A stretch of 63,914 bases of DNA, the filler included, from Octopus bimaculoides (taxonomy: Eukaryota): assembly GCF_001194135.2 (NCBI RefSeq). It is 6 parts of 6 records of this genome, joined end to end, with 100 filler letters (N's around TTAATTAATTAA, not from the genome) between each part and the next. Parts side by side here need not be neighbours in the genome. Positions count along the whole stretch, not along the records: positions 1 to 15,120 come from NC_068981.1; 5 more parts are not named here. One strand, 5' to 3'. Position 1 is the first letter of the stretch; every line of letters starts with the position of its first letter. A program made the position numbers and the translations under genes. The notes below the pieces were generated by a model. It saw only the letters and a program-made list of their open reading frames with translations. It made no database searches and was not told the DNA's origin. Of this stretch, positions 1 to 13,716 are shown in pieces.

Positions 1-5
1 ATATA

Positions 6-38
<33 letters not shown>

Positions 39-540
39 ACACTGGTACACGCATTTGTGTGTGTAAAGCGTCGCTGCTTTTTCTCTTTATCATGAAACAA
101 CATCGCCATTTCTCAACAAATTTTCGCTATATTTTTTCTCATGAAGATGCAGATGCGACCCAGCTCAGTATATGAATGAATAAAAACAACCCGTTGGCGT
201 TAAAACGGGAATAAATCAAGAAAGAAAACGCAAATAGACAGGCAGACAGTTATAATGGATTTTTTGTTGTGTCAGTGCGTGGTACACAACTATATGTGTC
301 ACGTCATGTTCATTTTTTTTCCCTTTCAGTTCTTTTATCCCTTTCTTTTCTACACACAGTACACATCTTTTAAGTCACTGTAATAGCAACCGAACGAAAG
401 AGAAAAGTAGATCTCAAGAGAGACTAAATGCCTAACAAGAAGGAAAAGGCTACAAAATGACAGAAAATTCCATTGGTTAAATATGATTCCATTCAAATTT
501 TACAGTTTGCTTTCTGGTTCTTCTGATTTGCTGTTTCCAG

Positions 541-620
541 ATAAGTGGACCAAGAAGTGGACTTGACGCCCCATTCAAGACACAGGGCAAATGCATGACT
601 CTTCAATCATGAAACTGAAG
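541..620 (+). other. Candidate non-coding (5' UTR) exon, possibly of the SLC7 gene
   Basis: Pyrimidine tract plus ttccag acceptor at 540 and AAG|gtaaga donor after 620; stops in all three frames. Confidence 0.4.
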
Positions 621-992
621 GTAAGAATCATCACACGTCAACTCACTTTTACAAATACATTTAACCATTTGAAATTTATATGGACAACATTACCGCAAAG
701 ATGAATATGAACTTAGACAACTAAAGACATCTTACCCGCCAAAATTGCATAAGTGTTTGCTCTAAGTGTTAAGATAAGAGGACATGATACATGAGTTAAA
801 CTACGAAACCAAAATATTTCGTACATATATTCCGGTATCAGCCTGTAGGCAAGTGTGTGTCGCATCAACTCCGCCTGTCACCTTGCTTCATCCTCACTTC
901 AAGACCAGACACACACTCCCATATGCTCTGCAGCGATCGATGGAAACTGCCTTACATATCGAGCAGCACGTCGCTTTATGAATACTAGATAT

Positions 993-1352
993 TAATATTG
1001 GTTTCAAATTTTGGCAAGTTCGCGGGAGGGGGTAAGTCGAATACATCAACCCCAGTGATCAGCTGGTACTTATTTTATAGACCCCGAAAGGATGAAAGAC
1101 AAATTCGACATCGGCAGAATTTGAAATCAGAACGTAAAGACAGACGAAATATTGCTAAGCATTTTGTCCGGCGTGCTTAACGATTCTGTTAGCTCACCGC
1201 TTATCACTTGGATACTAGATAGTGGTTTCAAATGTTGGCACTTGGGAGGGGTAAGTCGCTTGCATCGACCCCAGTACTCAACTGATACTTATTTTATTGA
1301 CGTCAAATGGACGGATGACAAAGTCGGCATCAGCGGAATTTGAATTTAAAAC
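993..1352 (-). mobile_element. Two degenerate copies of tRNA-derived SINE family A
   Basis: Reverse complement of the family-A core gtcgactttgcctttcatcctttcggggtcgataaa seen intact at 4153. Confidence 0.8.
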
Positions 1353-1699
1353 GTAAAACTAGATATTAATATTAAATATCATTACTTACTGAGAAAAAGT
1401 AGGAATGGTTCTCATTATTTGTTTTGAGCTGGATGGATTGGGGAAAGGAACATTTATGTGTTTTGCTTAATGGGAAGAAAACAATATCTTCCGCATAGGT
1501 TGAGGTTTCTCTGTCTTGGAAAATTAAGTATTGAACTAATTAGGAGTCTAGAATTATTTCTCTTTTTCTTTTTTATTTTCAGAATTATATTTCTTAAAGA
1601 ATTATATTTCTTCAGAATTATATTTCTTCAGAATTATATTTCTTAAAAGTGAAAAGTTTATTATACAGATCTGCATTTTTAAATTAAGTAAATGATGAT

Positions 1700-3590
1700 T
1701 GTCTACTTATAGGCGATTCTGAACTATTTTTTAATGCTGATCTCAAATATGTTTTGTTTTGTTTTGTTTTTGCCTATCACGTACAGATTTTACACAAATG
1801 GCTGCCAAAGATATGATGATTTTTCTTGTCATTCATTCTCTTTTGTGGCAGACTTTTAGATAAAAGTATGATGAAATTAAGAACAAATGGCTAGAACAAT
1901 AATAAAAAAAAAGATATGAGTAGACCTACATATTGACTAAATATATATTTGTAATACACTTACCATGGATTTAAAGTGATTTTACTCCTTTTCAAACTTT
2001 CTTTCTTTGATTTCCTTCCAGCTTTTGGTAGTTGCTTGCAGTATCTCTTTGGGGTCCAGCAGTAATCCGCCATCATGTTTACATTCCACCTCCCCTGGTA
2101 ACTCCGCTCCATTTCTTTAATGTCCTGGTGAAATCTCTCACCGTGCTCTTCACATAGATTGCCGAGATTCTCCAGGAAATAGTCGAGGTGTGAGTGAAAA
2201 AAGTGCATTTTAACACTCATGTTGCACCCAAGCTTCTTGAAGTTTTGTAACTTGTGTTAATTACGACTTTGTAATTTGAAAACTTATTACTTCCCCCAAA
2301 AGTTCTCGACAACACACTTGAGCTCACCCGTGCTTGTTTTGAGAGTCATTCATAGATTTCTCATAATCTGGGATTTTCATTAGTTTACGAATGTCAGGAC
2401 TAACAAATATTCCTGCTTTAATTTTCTCACTGGTTATATTTGGGAATTTTTTGAGAGATACTGCAAACATGGTCCATCTGCAGGCAAAGATTTAACGAAC
2501 TGTTTCATGAAACCCAGTTTGATTTGCAAAGGTACTAGCAGTGCTTTTGAAGGTTCAATCAAGAGCTCGTGCAGAACGTTTTTGGATCCAAGTAATAAAC
2601 TTCTTTGTGGCCAGTTTTTACCAACCATCCAGTGCTTTTCTTTAGCTCTGCTGTCTCACTCACATAAAAAAAACATGGCATTTTTGTGTAGCCTGCCTGC
2701 TGGTCTATAAGCATGTCTATATTTTGAAATCTCCACATACTTGCCAGTGGTATTCTGTATACTTGATATTTAACAAAAGTTTTTTTTTTTTTACATTTTC
2801 ATACGCTTCCTTTAGTTAACAGAATGTGTCACCGGAATGGAGGAGCACTTATTTATATCCTCCATTCTGAACGATTGCTCTTGATTTCAAAATAGGTTAG
2901 CAGGTTTGGAATATTACAGCAAAACGCCATTGATTCATCCTCAACAAAGAATGGTAACAACTCGTGTTCCCTGTGACGATAACAAGAGAAGAAGGTTCTC
3001 GGTAACAACAGCTTTTTCATTTTTAGCCTAGAACCAAGAAGTTCCGTTGTATCCTTTGGTAGGTTCAAATCTCTCACCAAATCATTAAGCTCTTCCTGTG
3101 TAAGTAACTGCAGACTTTCGATTTCGTCGGGAGTGTAGTCATCACCTTCTTCTTCACATTTGTCTTCTTCATCACTGTCTGATGTAACATTCTCCAAAAC
3201 AAGTGGCGGAGAGGAACTGAAATGTCAACCCCGTGTGAAATAGGCCGTATAGCCGAGGGAATACTGTCATACACTATCTTATGTTTATTTTTTGCACTGT
3301 ACCCATCAACTTTAGTAATGCAGAAATAACAATCGCCAACATGGTCATTCGACTCTCACTACACCATTGGTATTCTAAAAGGCATTTATTTTTTCTGACC
3401 AGCTTTCCAGAGAGTTTCAGCCCCTCCACATAAGTGCAACTCACCGAGTTTAACACCAAAATAAGCGAGTATAGATGTTTTACAAGATCAGTTATATTTT
3501 GTCTCTGTTTAGTGACAACATACCTGCCACAAATGTAGCAGAATATGTCTGGATTGTTCACGCACTTGCATCTATATGCACTCATTTTAA
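1700..3590 (-). mobile_element. Decayed near full-length DNA transposon, CMC/Chapaev3-like transposase pseudogene
   Basis: Collinear broken ORFs: CVNNPDIFCYICG (N-terminal Zn motif), ELNDLVRDLNLPK..ELLGSRLK, PLQIKLGFMKQFVKSL, MHFFHSHLDYF.ENLG..EEHGERFHQDI..ME..YQGRW...MMADYCW. Family assignment from recalled motifs, not from a search. Confidence 0.75.
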
Positions 3591-3753
3591 ATGAAGTCTA
3601 TACGTTAATTCATTGTGAATTTTAAATGTCATTATAATGTAAATTATTTTTTTAAATGCCATTATAATGTAAATTATTTTTTTTAAATGTCATTATACTA
3701 GACTTATCATCATGATTCTTTCTGTAAATCTATTTGAAATGTTTTATATACAG

Positions 3754-3988
3754 CAGTGCTTCTGAAACTACCAGTTTTTTTTCCAATGTGCCAGGGACCG
3801 GTAATATTTCTTAGTAATATTAACTTATACCGGAAACAATATATTTAATGAATATAATAAAAGTTGACGAGTTTTTTTTTAATCTTATATTTACTTTGTA
3901 AACAAATAATACAATGTTACATAAGCATTTTATAATGTTTCTTTCTTTTCTGGAAACTCACCGCGGACCACCACTTTGAGTAGCACTG
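3754..3988. mobile_element. hAT-type MITE (235 bp)
   Basis: Imperfect TIRs cagtgcttctgaaa / tttgagtagcactg; perfect 8-bp TSD ATATACAG at 3746-3753 and 3989-3996. Confidence 0.9.
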
Positions 3989-4152
3989 ATATACAGCACA
4001 TTTTGGAGCTCTTTTTCTTTTGAATGTTATAAATCACTTCCTTTAAAAAGTAACTCTAAAAACATTCCTAATAGAAACCTATTTATATAAATACTTGTAA
4101 GATAAGAATTTTAGCTTCTACCGCCAAATGTTTTTCAATATTTCCTGTAGTT

Positions 4153-4385
4153 AAGGCAGCGAGCTGGCAGAAACGTTAGCACGCCGAGCGAAATACTTAG
4201 CGGTATTTCGTCTGCCGCTACGTTCTGAGTTCAAATCCCGCCGAGGTCGACTTTGCCTTTCATCCTTTCGGGGTCGATTAAACAAGTAGCAGTTGCGCAC
4301 TGGGGTCGATATAATCGACTTAATCCGTTTGTCTGTCCTTCTTTGTCCCCTCTGTGTGTGGCCCCTTGTGGGCAGTAAAGAAATA
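4153..4385 (+). mobile_element. SINE family A, well-preserved copy
   Basis: Head gcgagctggcagaaacgttagca...gagttcaaatcccgcc (Pol III A/B-box-like), central core, 3' tail; about 10 copies in the window. Confidence 0.9.
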
Positions 4386-5569
4386 GGAAATGTTAGCACG
4401 TTGGGCGAAACAAGAAGTGGGAAAAGAAGAAATTTCCCAAAATTTCCTAGAAAGGACAGAGGCCGACAATGATAAGTGGATATGAAGAGCTCAACTATTT
4501 AAACTATAACACAATATAGGTGGTTCCGTCGATCGAACAATTGGAATTCTTATTGTCGGGGCAAATGCAAGATACATCATCATCAGATATTCATTAGATT
4601 TCTTTCTAGACTAAATGTTTACATACATCCAACTGAATATCAAATAACTGTACTGGACTTGATGTTGTGGTATATTCTAGGTGAACAGAAATCGGGACTC
4701 AATTTTGATTCTTGATTGTAATGATTTCCCAGAAAGGCAGAAACTTACTTTTTCTCTTTTGTCCGCATGCAACTCTCAGTATTTCTCGTTTGATTTATCA
4801 TGATCACTATTCCTTGCATTTATTTTCCACTGGCTTATCTCATAGAAAAGTTCCTTCTTAATGATACCATCAGCGACTGAAGAGTTTTGCGTGTTTTTGT
4901 TTTGTTATATTTCTATGTTCTCGCTGTTGTTGCCTTAACCTCTGATATTTGCATATCTAAATTAAATCTTTAAACCAAACATAAATTTCGCAACATGACC
5001 TTGCACTGCTTCTTGTCGATAATGATATCGTATAATTTATTGGATTGACGGAAAGGATTTTTCTCATTGATTGGATCTCTGATAGGAGACTTCTGTTCCA
5101 AATATTTCTAATCATGTCGTTGCCAAGAAACAAACGCCTTATTTAGATGTTTGTGAATATATTTAAGTGTTCATTGAGTTAATGATAATAAAAAGAAAAA
5201 CATAATTTATGATATACTAGTAGAAAAATGTAAACAAACGTCCTTTGTATCCCTTTGTGGAGAGAAACAGAAGTATTGGCCTGATTGGTCCCGATGTCGT
5301 GTGATTTCTGTAATATATTGTCAAGTGATTAAGACTTTTATTAAATCTTTTTACTAATTTCTACTAAATGAGTTTAATTAAAAATTAGTGTTTGTGTTTT
5401 TATGTGAATAAAATTTCAGGTAAGTCAACTCCTCTGCTTCACTTTAAACTTATACGCCCAAAAAATAGTAATGGGTCAGCGCAGATTACAACACTCAACA
5501 GTTTGCACCACATGATAGTTAAGTCAAGACACACACCATCACATACCTTTAATATATGCGTCATTATAA

Positions 5570-5790
5570 GGTAGCGAGCTGACAGAATCGTTACCGCGCC
5601 GGGCAAAATGCTTAGCGGCATTTCGTCCGTCTTATGTTCTGAGTTCAAATTCCGCCGAGGTCGACTTTGTCTTTTATACCTTTCGAGGTCGATAAAATAA
5701 GTACCAGTTAGGCACTGGGTTCGATGTAATCGAATTATCCCTTCCCCGAACTTACTGGACTTGTGACAAGATTTGAAACCAATATAAGTG
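5570..5790 (+). mobile_element. SINE family A copy
   Basis: Same head and core as the 4153 copy. Confidence 0.85.
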
Positions 5791-7112
5791 ACGTTATATG
5801 AAGCAAAAGTACAAAATACAAAAAGCTTATTTTAACACATTAGTTCGCAATTTTAACATAAAATATTTAGTTAGTCGAAGGCAGAGAAGCAGTGCTTTTC
5901 GCAGGCCATCCCAGAATGGTGAGATTTATGCCGGTATGTGACATATATTCAGAGGTTTTACAGAAAGCATAGTTATACAGTCGACCGTAGTTTAGAAGTG
6001 TAGTCCTGTTTATCATACATATGATTAAACATATAGCAGGCTCCACATATTTTTAACAATGTTATGCCAAGCTTTTCTTTTACCACAAAATAAAACAAAA
6101 CACACACAAAAAGTCTTATTTATTATTGTTCTCCTGGCCATACGAGAGAAGTTAAAGACCAGCTGTCCACGGAAACTCCTGTCGGCTGATAACCCAATTC
6201 TCATAACTGAATCTGTTGCAGATTTAAAGACGACATAATAAGGGCTGAATATTAAATAACATAGCAAAGTTCAATTGTCTTCCAAGTTAAACCCAGGCTA
6301 GACTTCACAACTATCATCATCATCATCATCGTCGTCGTCAACATCGTTATCATCGTCAGCATCATGGTCGTCGTCTTGTTTTATATCCCCTTTCGTAGAT
6401 GGCTCGGAGACCCACCTCTTGTTTGTAAGTTACAGTTTTAGTTCGCTTTCTACAGCCGGATGCCATTCATGACACCAATCACTTTACAGAAAGTACTGGG
6501 TGTGTTTTTTGTGCACCAGTACTAGGGAGGTTACCACGTCGCCCTTGCATTTGACAGAGTGTACTGAGTGCATTTTATTGTGACACTAAATATTTGTAAG
6601 CAACATATTATTTGCTTACAACTAAGACCAACAGGAAATATACAAATTTTCAACACTCTTTCAGATTAAACAAAAAAAAAACACTTACAAAAGAAAATTA
6701 CAAATACAACAGGCTACGTATATTGTTGAGAAAATGCATTACAATATCTGATGATTTATAGAATATATTCAATTATGCCACTTTAGTTCATTTTAATATT
6801 ATAGTATCTAGGCTTAGACTAATTAACATTCGTACCATGCTCAGTTTAATTACTTTTCTTCTACCCCTTTTATTTTTGTAACGGGGTATATTTATATACT
6901 TAAAATATGTACCCGCTTCGTTTTGCTTATATGAAGTAATTTATGTAATGAGAAATTCAGGAACTAACTTATTTCTTCAGATCATACAACACATTAAACT
7001 AGGCTAATTCCTTGGTTTAAATGCTATCCAAAATACAGTAAACAATACATAAATACACACATAAAGGTAATAATGTGAGTGTATGTATATGTATATATGT
7101 ATGTGTTTATAT

Positions 7113-7146
<34 letters not shown>

Positions 7147-7469
7147 ATATANNNNNNNNNNNNNNNNNNNNNNNNNNNNNNNNNNNNNNNNNNNNNNNNN
7201 NNNNNNNNNNNNNNNNNNNNNNNNNNNNNNNNNNNNNNNNNNNNNNNNNNNNNNNNNNNNNNNNNNNNNNNNNNNNNNNNNNNNNNNNNNNNNNNNNNNN
7301 NNNNNNNNNNNNNNNNNNNNNNNNNNNNNNNNNNNNNNNNNNNNNNNNNNNNNNNNNNNNNNNNNNNNNNNNNNNNNNNNNNNNNNNNNNNNNNNNNNNN
7401 NNNNNNNNNNNNATATATATATAGTTAAAACAATAACAAAAAACAACAAAGTGAGGACGTGATACGGAT

Positions 7470-7600
7470 AGTGTTATTGGACGCTCGAGAAAGGAAGGAG
7501 AGAGAGTATGACGTTTCGGGCGGAGCCCTTCGTCGGAAAGACAGAAAGTTCGGAGAATGGAAAAACGGAGGAAGAGGAAAATGGTACCGATGCCCACGAG
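7470..7600 (-). mobile_element. Penelope-like element terminus containing a minimal hammerhead motif
   Basis: Minus strand 7536-7510 reads CCGACGA-A-GGGC-TCC-GCCC-GAAAC-GTC. Confidence 0.6.
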
Positions 7601-7830
7601 GTTACATTGTTACATATATATATATGCATGTATGTATATGTATATGTATATATGTGTGTATGTTTGCAAATAAAGGAATGATAAGAGAAGAGTTGATTAC
7701 GTAATAGCGGTTCCTTTGTCATTCTTTTAATTTCATAATATACTCTGCACTTGCCAAATACTTTATCCGAAACATATATATTGAGTTCTAACAGCAGTAT
7801 GTGTGCTTACGTGTGTGTACACATGTATGT

Positions 7831-7861
<31 letters not shown>

Positions 7862-8049
7862 ATTTTCGGGGTGTTTTATGATAGTCGGTGTTCACATGAC
7901 TGTTTTGACTTGGCAATGGAGAACTGAAGAGTACAGTACTTAGCAGATTATACCACAGAATAGCTACTTCAAAACACACGGCAACTCTGGCTGCTACATG
8001 TGGTAGTCGCCATATTTCAACTTTGTTAACTTCTTCAATACTATTATAA

Positions 8050-8818
8050 TAATAATTGAGCTTAAGGCTCACTTCAAAGATATGGGGCGTCATAACGTCA
8101 CCCTTGTTGGAAACACGTCCAAAGATCATCACATTTGGGGGAACTTGGTTTTCATGCGTGAGACATCACATGGTTTGTAGGCAAGTTACCTGCTGTTCAG
8201 GGTGTTTTGCAACTGGTCCTGGCAGAAGGTTTTTTTTTTTAATCTGAGAAGAACTAGGTCATTCCCGGCTCTACAGGATGCCTCAGATTGTTCATGAGCT
8301 CCTTTGCTTTAGTCAAACAGTTCTTCTTGGTTTTGGCTGTCAGAATTTTTGTGATAACGAACGTCCCCACTCATGGCTAGCTTCATGGTGGCGATTCCAA
8401 CACCCACCTCTCTCGCCAAAGCCCCGATTCCCTTGCTCGGATCTACAGTTGTTGGATAAACTCCGGCGTGCGAACGAAGTCAGAACGCCTGCTGCGTCAC
8501 TTCCTGCTAGCCACGACTTCGTAGACTTCATTGCAGTTGTCCATGCCACGTCTCACAGCATTTGCTGTGTTTACAGAGCATTGACTAACAATCATGATGG
8601 CAATGTTTTGATACCCGGCTTGAATCATCATAATATTGTTAACTCTTTTCCAATATTCAACTGGCTTCCAGTCTTCTATGTCAGGTAACTTTTTCTCAAC
8701 TACAAATGTAATCTATATCTTCTCCAACACCGTTGACTGTTCACCAATATATCAAACTGTTCCTGAAAACAAAAGGAGATAAAAAAAAGAATCGTCAAAT
8801 TTAGTCCTAACACCATAT
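8050..8818 (-). mobile_element. Tc1/mariner (maT/DD37D-like) transposase fossil with 5' end
   Basis: Broken frames give ..RRSDFVRTPEFI.., FFSD*KK-FCQDQ, MKTKFP, VMIFGRVSNKGDVMTPHIFEVSLKLN; the 5' end abuts a TA/TACA microsatellite. Confidence 0.75.
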
Positions 8819-8855
8819 AGGCATACATAAATGCATACATGCAAACATACATACA

Positions 8856-8889
<34 letters not shown>

Positions 8890-9274
8890 CATACATACAT
8901 GCATACATACATACATACATACATACATACATACATGCATACATACATACATACATACATATTTGTATTTAATTTTCTTCATTTTTCAATTCACACTGTG
9001 TGTTCCTTTTTTGTGGGAATTGGATCAGCTGCACAACTTGCACTATGATAAATTCAGCTCTGTCTATGATGCGTGTGTGGTGTATAAGTATGTATGTACG
9101 TATGTATGTATGTACGTATGTATGTATGTATGTATGTATGTATGTATGTATGTATGTATGTATGTATGCATGTATGTATGTAAGTATGTATGCAAGTATG
9201 CATGCATCCATATATGCATGTATGTATGAATGTATTATTTATGTACGTACGTACATACACATACACATTTACGT

Positions 9275-9882
9275 ATAGGCATGGCTGTGTGGCTAAGAAA
9301 TTTGTTCTCCAACCACTTAGTTTCTGGTTCAGTCCCACTACGTAGCACCTTGGTTATAGGAAAAATAACTTGTACTATATCTTCGGGCCAACCAAAGCCT
9401 TTTGAGTCGATTTGGCAGGCGGAAACTGAAAGAAACTCGAATATATATATTCTTTTATTCTTTTACTTGTTTCAGTCATTTGACTGCAGCCATGCTGGGG
9501 CACCGCCTTTAGTCTAACAAATCGACCCCAGGACTTATTCTTTGTAAGCTTAGTACTTATTCTATCGGTGTTTTTGCCGAACCACTAGGTTGCGGGGACG
9601 TAAACACACCAACATCAGTTGTCAAGCGATGGGGGGGGGGCAAACATAAGCATACACATATACATACATACATACATACATGCATACATACATGCATATG
9701 TGTGTGTGTGTGTGAGTGTGTATATACGATGGGCTTCTTTCAGTTTCTGTCTACCAAATCCACTCACAAGGCTTTGGTCGGCTCGAGGCTATAGTAGAAG
9801 ACACTTTCCCAAGGTGCCACGCAGTGGGACTGAACCCAGAACCATGTGGTTGGTAAGAAAGCTACTTACCACACAGCCACTC
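9275..9882. mobile_element. SINE family B: + head fragment (9275-9435) and a - copy (9450-9882)
   Basis: Head ggctgtgtggtaagaaagcttgct..ggttcagtcccactgcgtggcaccttggg and tail ..gcggtgctccagcatggccgcagtcaaatgactgaaacaag. Confidence 0.85.
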
Positions 9883-9926
9883 ATATATATATATATATAT
9901 TACTCTGATACAAGAACGTTGTTGAC

Positions 9927-9967
9927 TGTAATTTCGAAGTTTCTGCCAGCTAAACCATCAGTGGACA
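9927..9967 (-). ncRNA. Degenerate paralog of the hammerhead motif at 10245
   Basis: Minus strand TGT-CCACTGA-TGGTTTAGCTGGCA-GAAAC-TTCGAA-ATT-ACA; core mutated. Confidence 0.35.
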
Positions 9968-10244
9968 GCGATGCATTAGAGTTAGACTTGCCTTTATGTA
10001 GTCTCTGTGCCTACAAGCAAAAGAGAAACACCTACAAGCTTGTTTATAAAGTTCTACATAATTAAATAAACAGTAAATAACAACATAACCCCGAATTTAA
10101 TCAATTACAAATTTTCCAAAACACCTTTCTATAACAGCCAAACATAAAAAATACTAATTACCACCCCACTCAAACCTACATACCCAAAGATGATTCTAAT
10201 TAAGCAGAGACTATATAAAGGAAATACTAACTCTAATACATCGC

Positions 10245-10285
10245 AGTCCGACAATGGGTTAGCTGGCCGAAACTTCGAAGTCACT
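10245..10285 (+). ncRNA. Candidate minimal type I hammerhead ribozyme (Penelope-associated)
   Basis: AGT-CCGACAA-TGGGTTAGCTGGCC-GAAAC-TTCGAA-GTC-ACT: stem I AGT/ACT, palindromic loop III, GUC cleavage triplet. Confidence 0.55.
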
Positions 10286-10393
10286 GTCAGCAACATGCTT
10301 GTATGAGAATAATAAATTTGTACTCTACAAAAGTATAGAGTAACCCATCAGATGAATGTAAAATTGTTTTTATTATAACTGAACATATAAACG

Positions 10394-10464
<71 letters not shown>

Positions 10465-11147
10465 TTAAGACAGGTTTCGTCCACTTAGGTTTTCCTCATA
10501 TTCCCCTTCCTTTTACGTTTTCCTAACAGACATTAACTTACAGATATTCAAGCTGCATATGAGTAGCACGAACTTTACTGCATTCAGATAGCTAGCAAAA
10601 ATCATTAGCACAGCTCTCCCCCGCTGATTAAGCTACTTAAGAAATCATACTTAAGTAATAAGAGACCTTATTTATTTCCTATATGGGCGCTGGACATCTG
10701 AGTTATACGATAGCGTTCAGATCACTAATATCAACACCTAGTGAACATCCAATTCCAGAAGCAGTAATAGAGTTTATCAAGTGCTACACTGACTTTGCAA
10801 GTTGCAGTTTTATCATCTAACGAAGCAGTTACAATCACAGGGTGCTAAACCTGGTGGCTAAGGTACTGGGGTCAAGATTGTAAAGTCTTATATTCAGTTC
10901 CGGACTGGAAAGCGCGTTGTGTCCATGAGCAAGGCACATCATTTCACTCAGCTGAAATGAGAACCCGCATGAGTTACAAGTAACTTTGAAACAGACTGGC
11001 GTCCCGTTTAGTGGACATTTCTAAGGTGAGGGCAACGACTGCCTGACGTTCGGTTTCCGCTGCTGAAAGTCTACTATGGTAGAGAGAGTTACCCGTTGGA
11101 TTCGTGTTGATGATTGTTGACAACGTATTAAAAGAGAGTAAGAGAGT

Positions 11148-11558
11148 TGTAGTGACGCATAATAGCAGATGCCATTTCCGGAGAGTTTATCCACGCATGC
11201 GCAGGGACTAGTTCCGGAGGGAATACAGGAAGAGTCTCATGCGCATGCGTAGTCATCCATATCCAAGCTTTCGTGCGGATTTCACCCTCTGCTCGTTGAT
11301 CTTCGAAGAGCCTAGACGTCACAACAGAGCTCTCCCACAACCCAGCACTAGAGCTACACAGATAACCACGAAACTTCATTGACGGCGTCTCAGTAACCAA
11401 AGGGCGAAGTGCTGCCGAATTCCCTCCTAGTGTGAGTAGAAGTCTATTGTAATAAATATTGTTGTGTTGATAGTTTAGAGCCTGCGTTCCGTTGTCTTCT
11501 TCAAGAAATTAATGTACGGGAGCGGAGTACACCTAAAGTGTATAACCACTTCCCTACA
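11148..11558 (+). mobile_element. Solo LTR (411 bp), probably Gypsy-type
   Basis: TG...CA termini (TGTAGTGACG...TTCCCTACA), perfect 4-bp TSD GAGT, internal AATAAA; second related copy at 48773. Confidence 0.9.
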
Positions 11559-11694
11559 GAGTGAAGAGGTCGTTGTCAATGATGTTGTTCAACCACTGAC
11601 CTGCTCTCATCAAGAAAACCTTTGATCCAGTCACGGCAAACCCAACATTATTTTAAGACATACTATATGTAAGGACTGCATTATCCAGCTTGTC

Positions 11695-11955
11695 TATTCT
11701 TTTATTCTTTTATTTGTTCCAGTCATTTGACTGCAGCCATGCTGGAGCACCGCCTTTAGTCGAATAAATTGACCCCCAGAACTTATTCTTTGTAAGCCTA
11801 GTTCTTATTCTATCGGTCTTTTTTGCCGAACCGCTAAGTTACGGGGACGTAGACACGCCACTGTCGGTTGTCAAGCGATGGTGGGGAACAAACACAGACA
11901 CACAAACACACACATACATATATATATGCATATATATATACGACGGGCTTCTTTT
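11695..11955 (-). mobile_element. SINE family B, 3' half
   Basis: Matches the family-B tail. Confidence 0.85.
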
Positions 11956-12801
11956 CATGTTCAGATATATAGGGGACTGTACAAAACTGTACTAGGCCTC
12001 TGACGGAAAATTTACGAAGTAGAACAAGAACCGTTTCAGACCCTACTGTGGGGCTCTCTTCTCAAAACATAAGTGATTGAGAGATTCTTTTTTCGTTTTA
12101 AGTTTGAAGAGCCTCATTCGATATACATCCATGGGTCCCTTCATGGGCTCTCCTGGCTGTTTGCGCCCCGGAACGATGTACTGGCCGAACTCCTGTTATA
12201 GGCCCTGATTCGGTAAGTCAAATACGAAACAACGAGGTAAGAACAACATTCAGAAAAAAAAATTCGATCCACTGCACACTAAATAATACACTAAACATGT
12301 TACAGCATACCACCAGGTATTTAGAAGTTTTATATATAAAAAAAGGTTGTTTTTTTAAGTACCAGAACTGCTTTAAAACAGATGGACGATCGCATTGCGT
12401 TTCGTCGCATAGAAATACGCATACCAGGTGCAATACATAAATAAATAAATAAATAAATAAATAAACACTCAAATTTTCTAAGTCTAGCAATTTTCGATTC
12501 ACTTAAAAAAACTTCTACAAACCATACGCGACATCGTGTTTGAGAAAGTCTGTCCTGCAAAATTTAGAAATAAGCACTAATATTTAAAACTATTTATAAA
12601 TACCGAAAACTAGCCATAACAATAAGTGAGCTGTCACCAAATTCAAGGAAAGTTACAAAATATAAGTAGAAATTATGTCTCTCTTTCATAACTCTTTATT
12701 CACAATAAAGTTACGTGTATACGCAAGGGAATATGATCAAGGGAAGAAGAGGGAGTGTGTTTTGGAAGGTGTTGTCTATTTACTATGATTTCTTCATAAA
12801 G

Positions 12802-12915
12802 AGCGTCGTCTGTTTACTAACATGATTTCATTATTTATGCTGAAAAGCGTCGTCTGTTTACTAACATGATTTCATTATTTATGCTGAAAAGCGTCGTCTG
12901 TTTACTAATATGTCA
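12802..12915. repeat. 44-bp tandem repeat, about 2.5 copies
   Basis: agcgtcgtctgtttactaa restarts at 12802, 12846 and 12890. Confidence 0.9.
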
Positions 12916-13716
12916 TTTCACATAAATTGTACCAACAACTCTCGCAAGAGGATTTGCTTCTCCCGCCATCACCACTTCTCTCCGCTACCTGCCCATTATG
13001 TCGCAGAAGAATTTCATTGGACCACATTGCCTACAGCAACGCCTTTCATGTGAAAGCACGTGAAACGGTAAGAGCTGAAAGTCGTGCTCATGATTGGATA
13101 TATATTGGATCTACAATAATGAAACGAACAAAAGAAAATAAGAGAAAAAGAATAAAGAGAAAGTGAATGAGAAACGGGGGCGAGAGAAGAATAAAATAGC
13201 TTTAATTGGGTGTTTGAGTTAAGCGGTTTGCAGTTTTATTTGTTCCTTTTTTTCTTTGCTGAGCCTTTGTTTTGTATTTTTTTCCAACTAAGCATTCTGA
13301 TTGTAAAAGATATTTTTGTCAAATTCAACTATCTGCCAATCTGTGTAAGATAAGTTTAAATTATTAGATTAACCACAACTGAATATTGAACTTTTCTAAT
13401 TATTCTGCTGTTGTAATTCCTTATTCTCTAATGTCTTTTCAGTATTAATTTGAATAACAAATATTTGTGAGTGTGTGTGTGTATATGTGTGTGTGTGTGG
13501 GGGGGTAGATGTCAGAATTGGTACACAAAACACTGTTATGCATATAAACTCAAACTAATGTAAAAACATATGCATCGATGTATCAATACAAAGCTATTAT
13601 TCAGTCTTTAGTTACATGCATATAAAGTACGACAAATAATAGTAGAAATCAGATACTAATCTGTTGGCCTACACACAGTTCACAGTTTACATCGTTCCAC
13701 GGGAGAATTCTCGATC

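Noticed and set aside
8700-8770. Acceptor-like ttttcag|GAACAG on the minus strand as the missing ANKAR 3' exon
   Set aside because: No similarity to the ANKAR C-terminus in the required phase; it lies in the 5' end of the mariner fossil.
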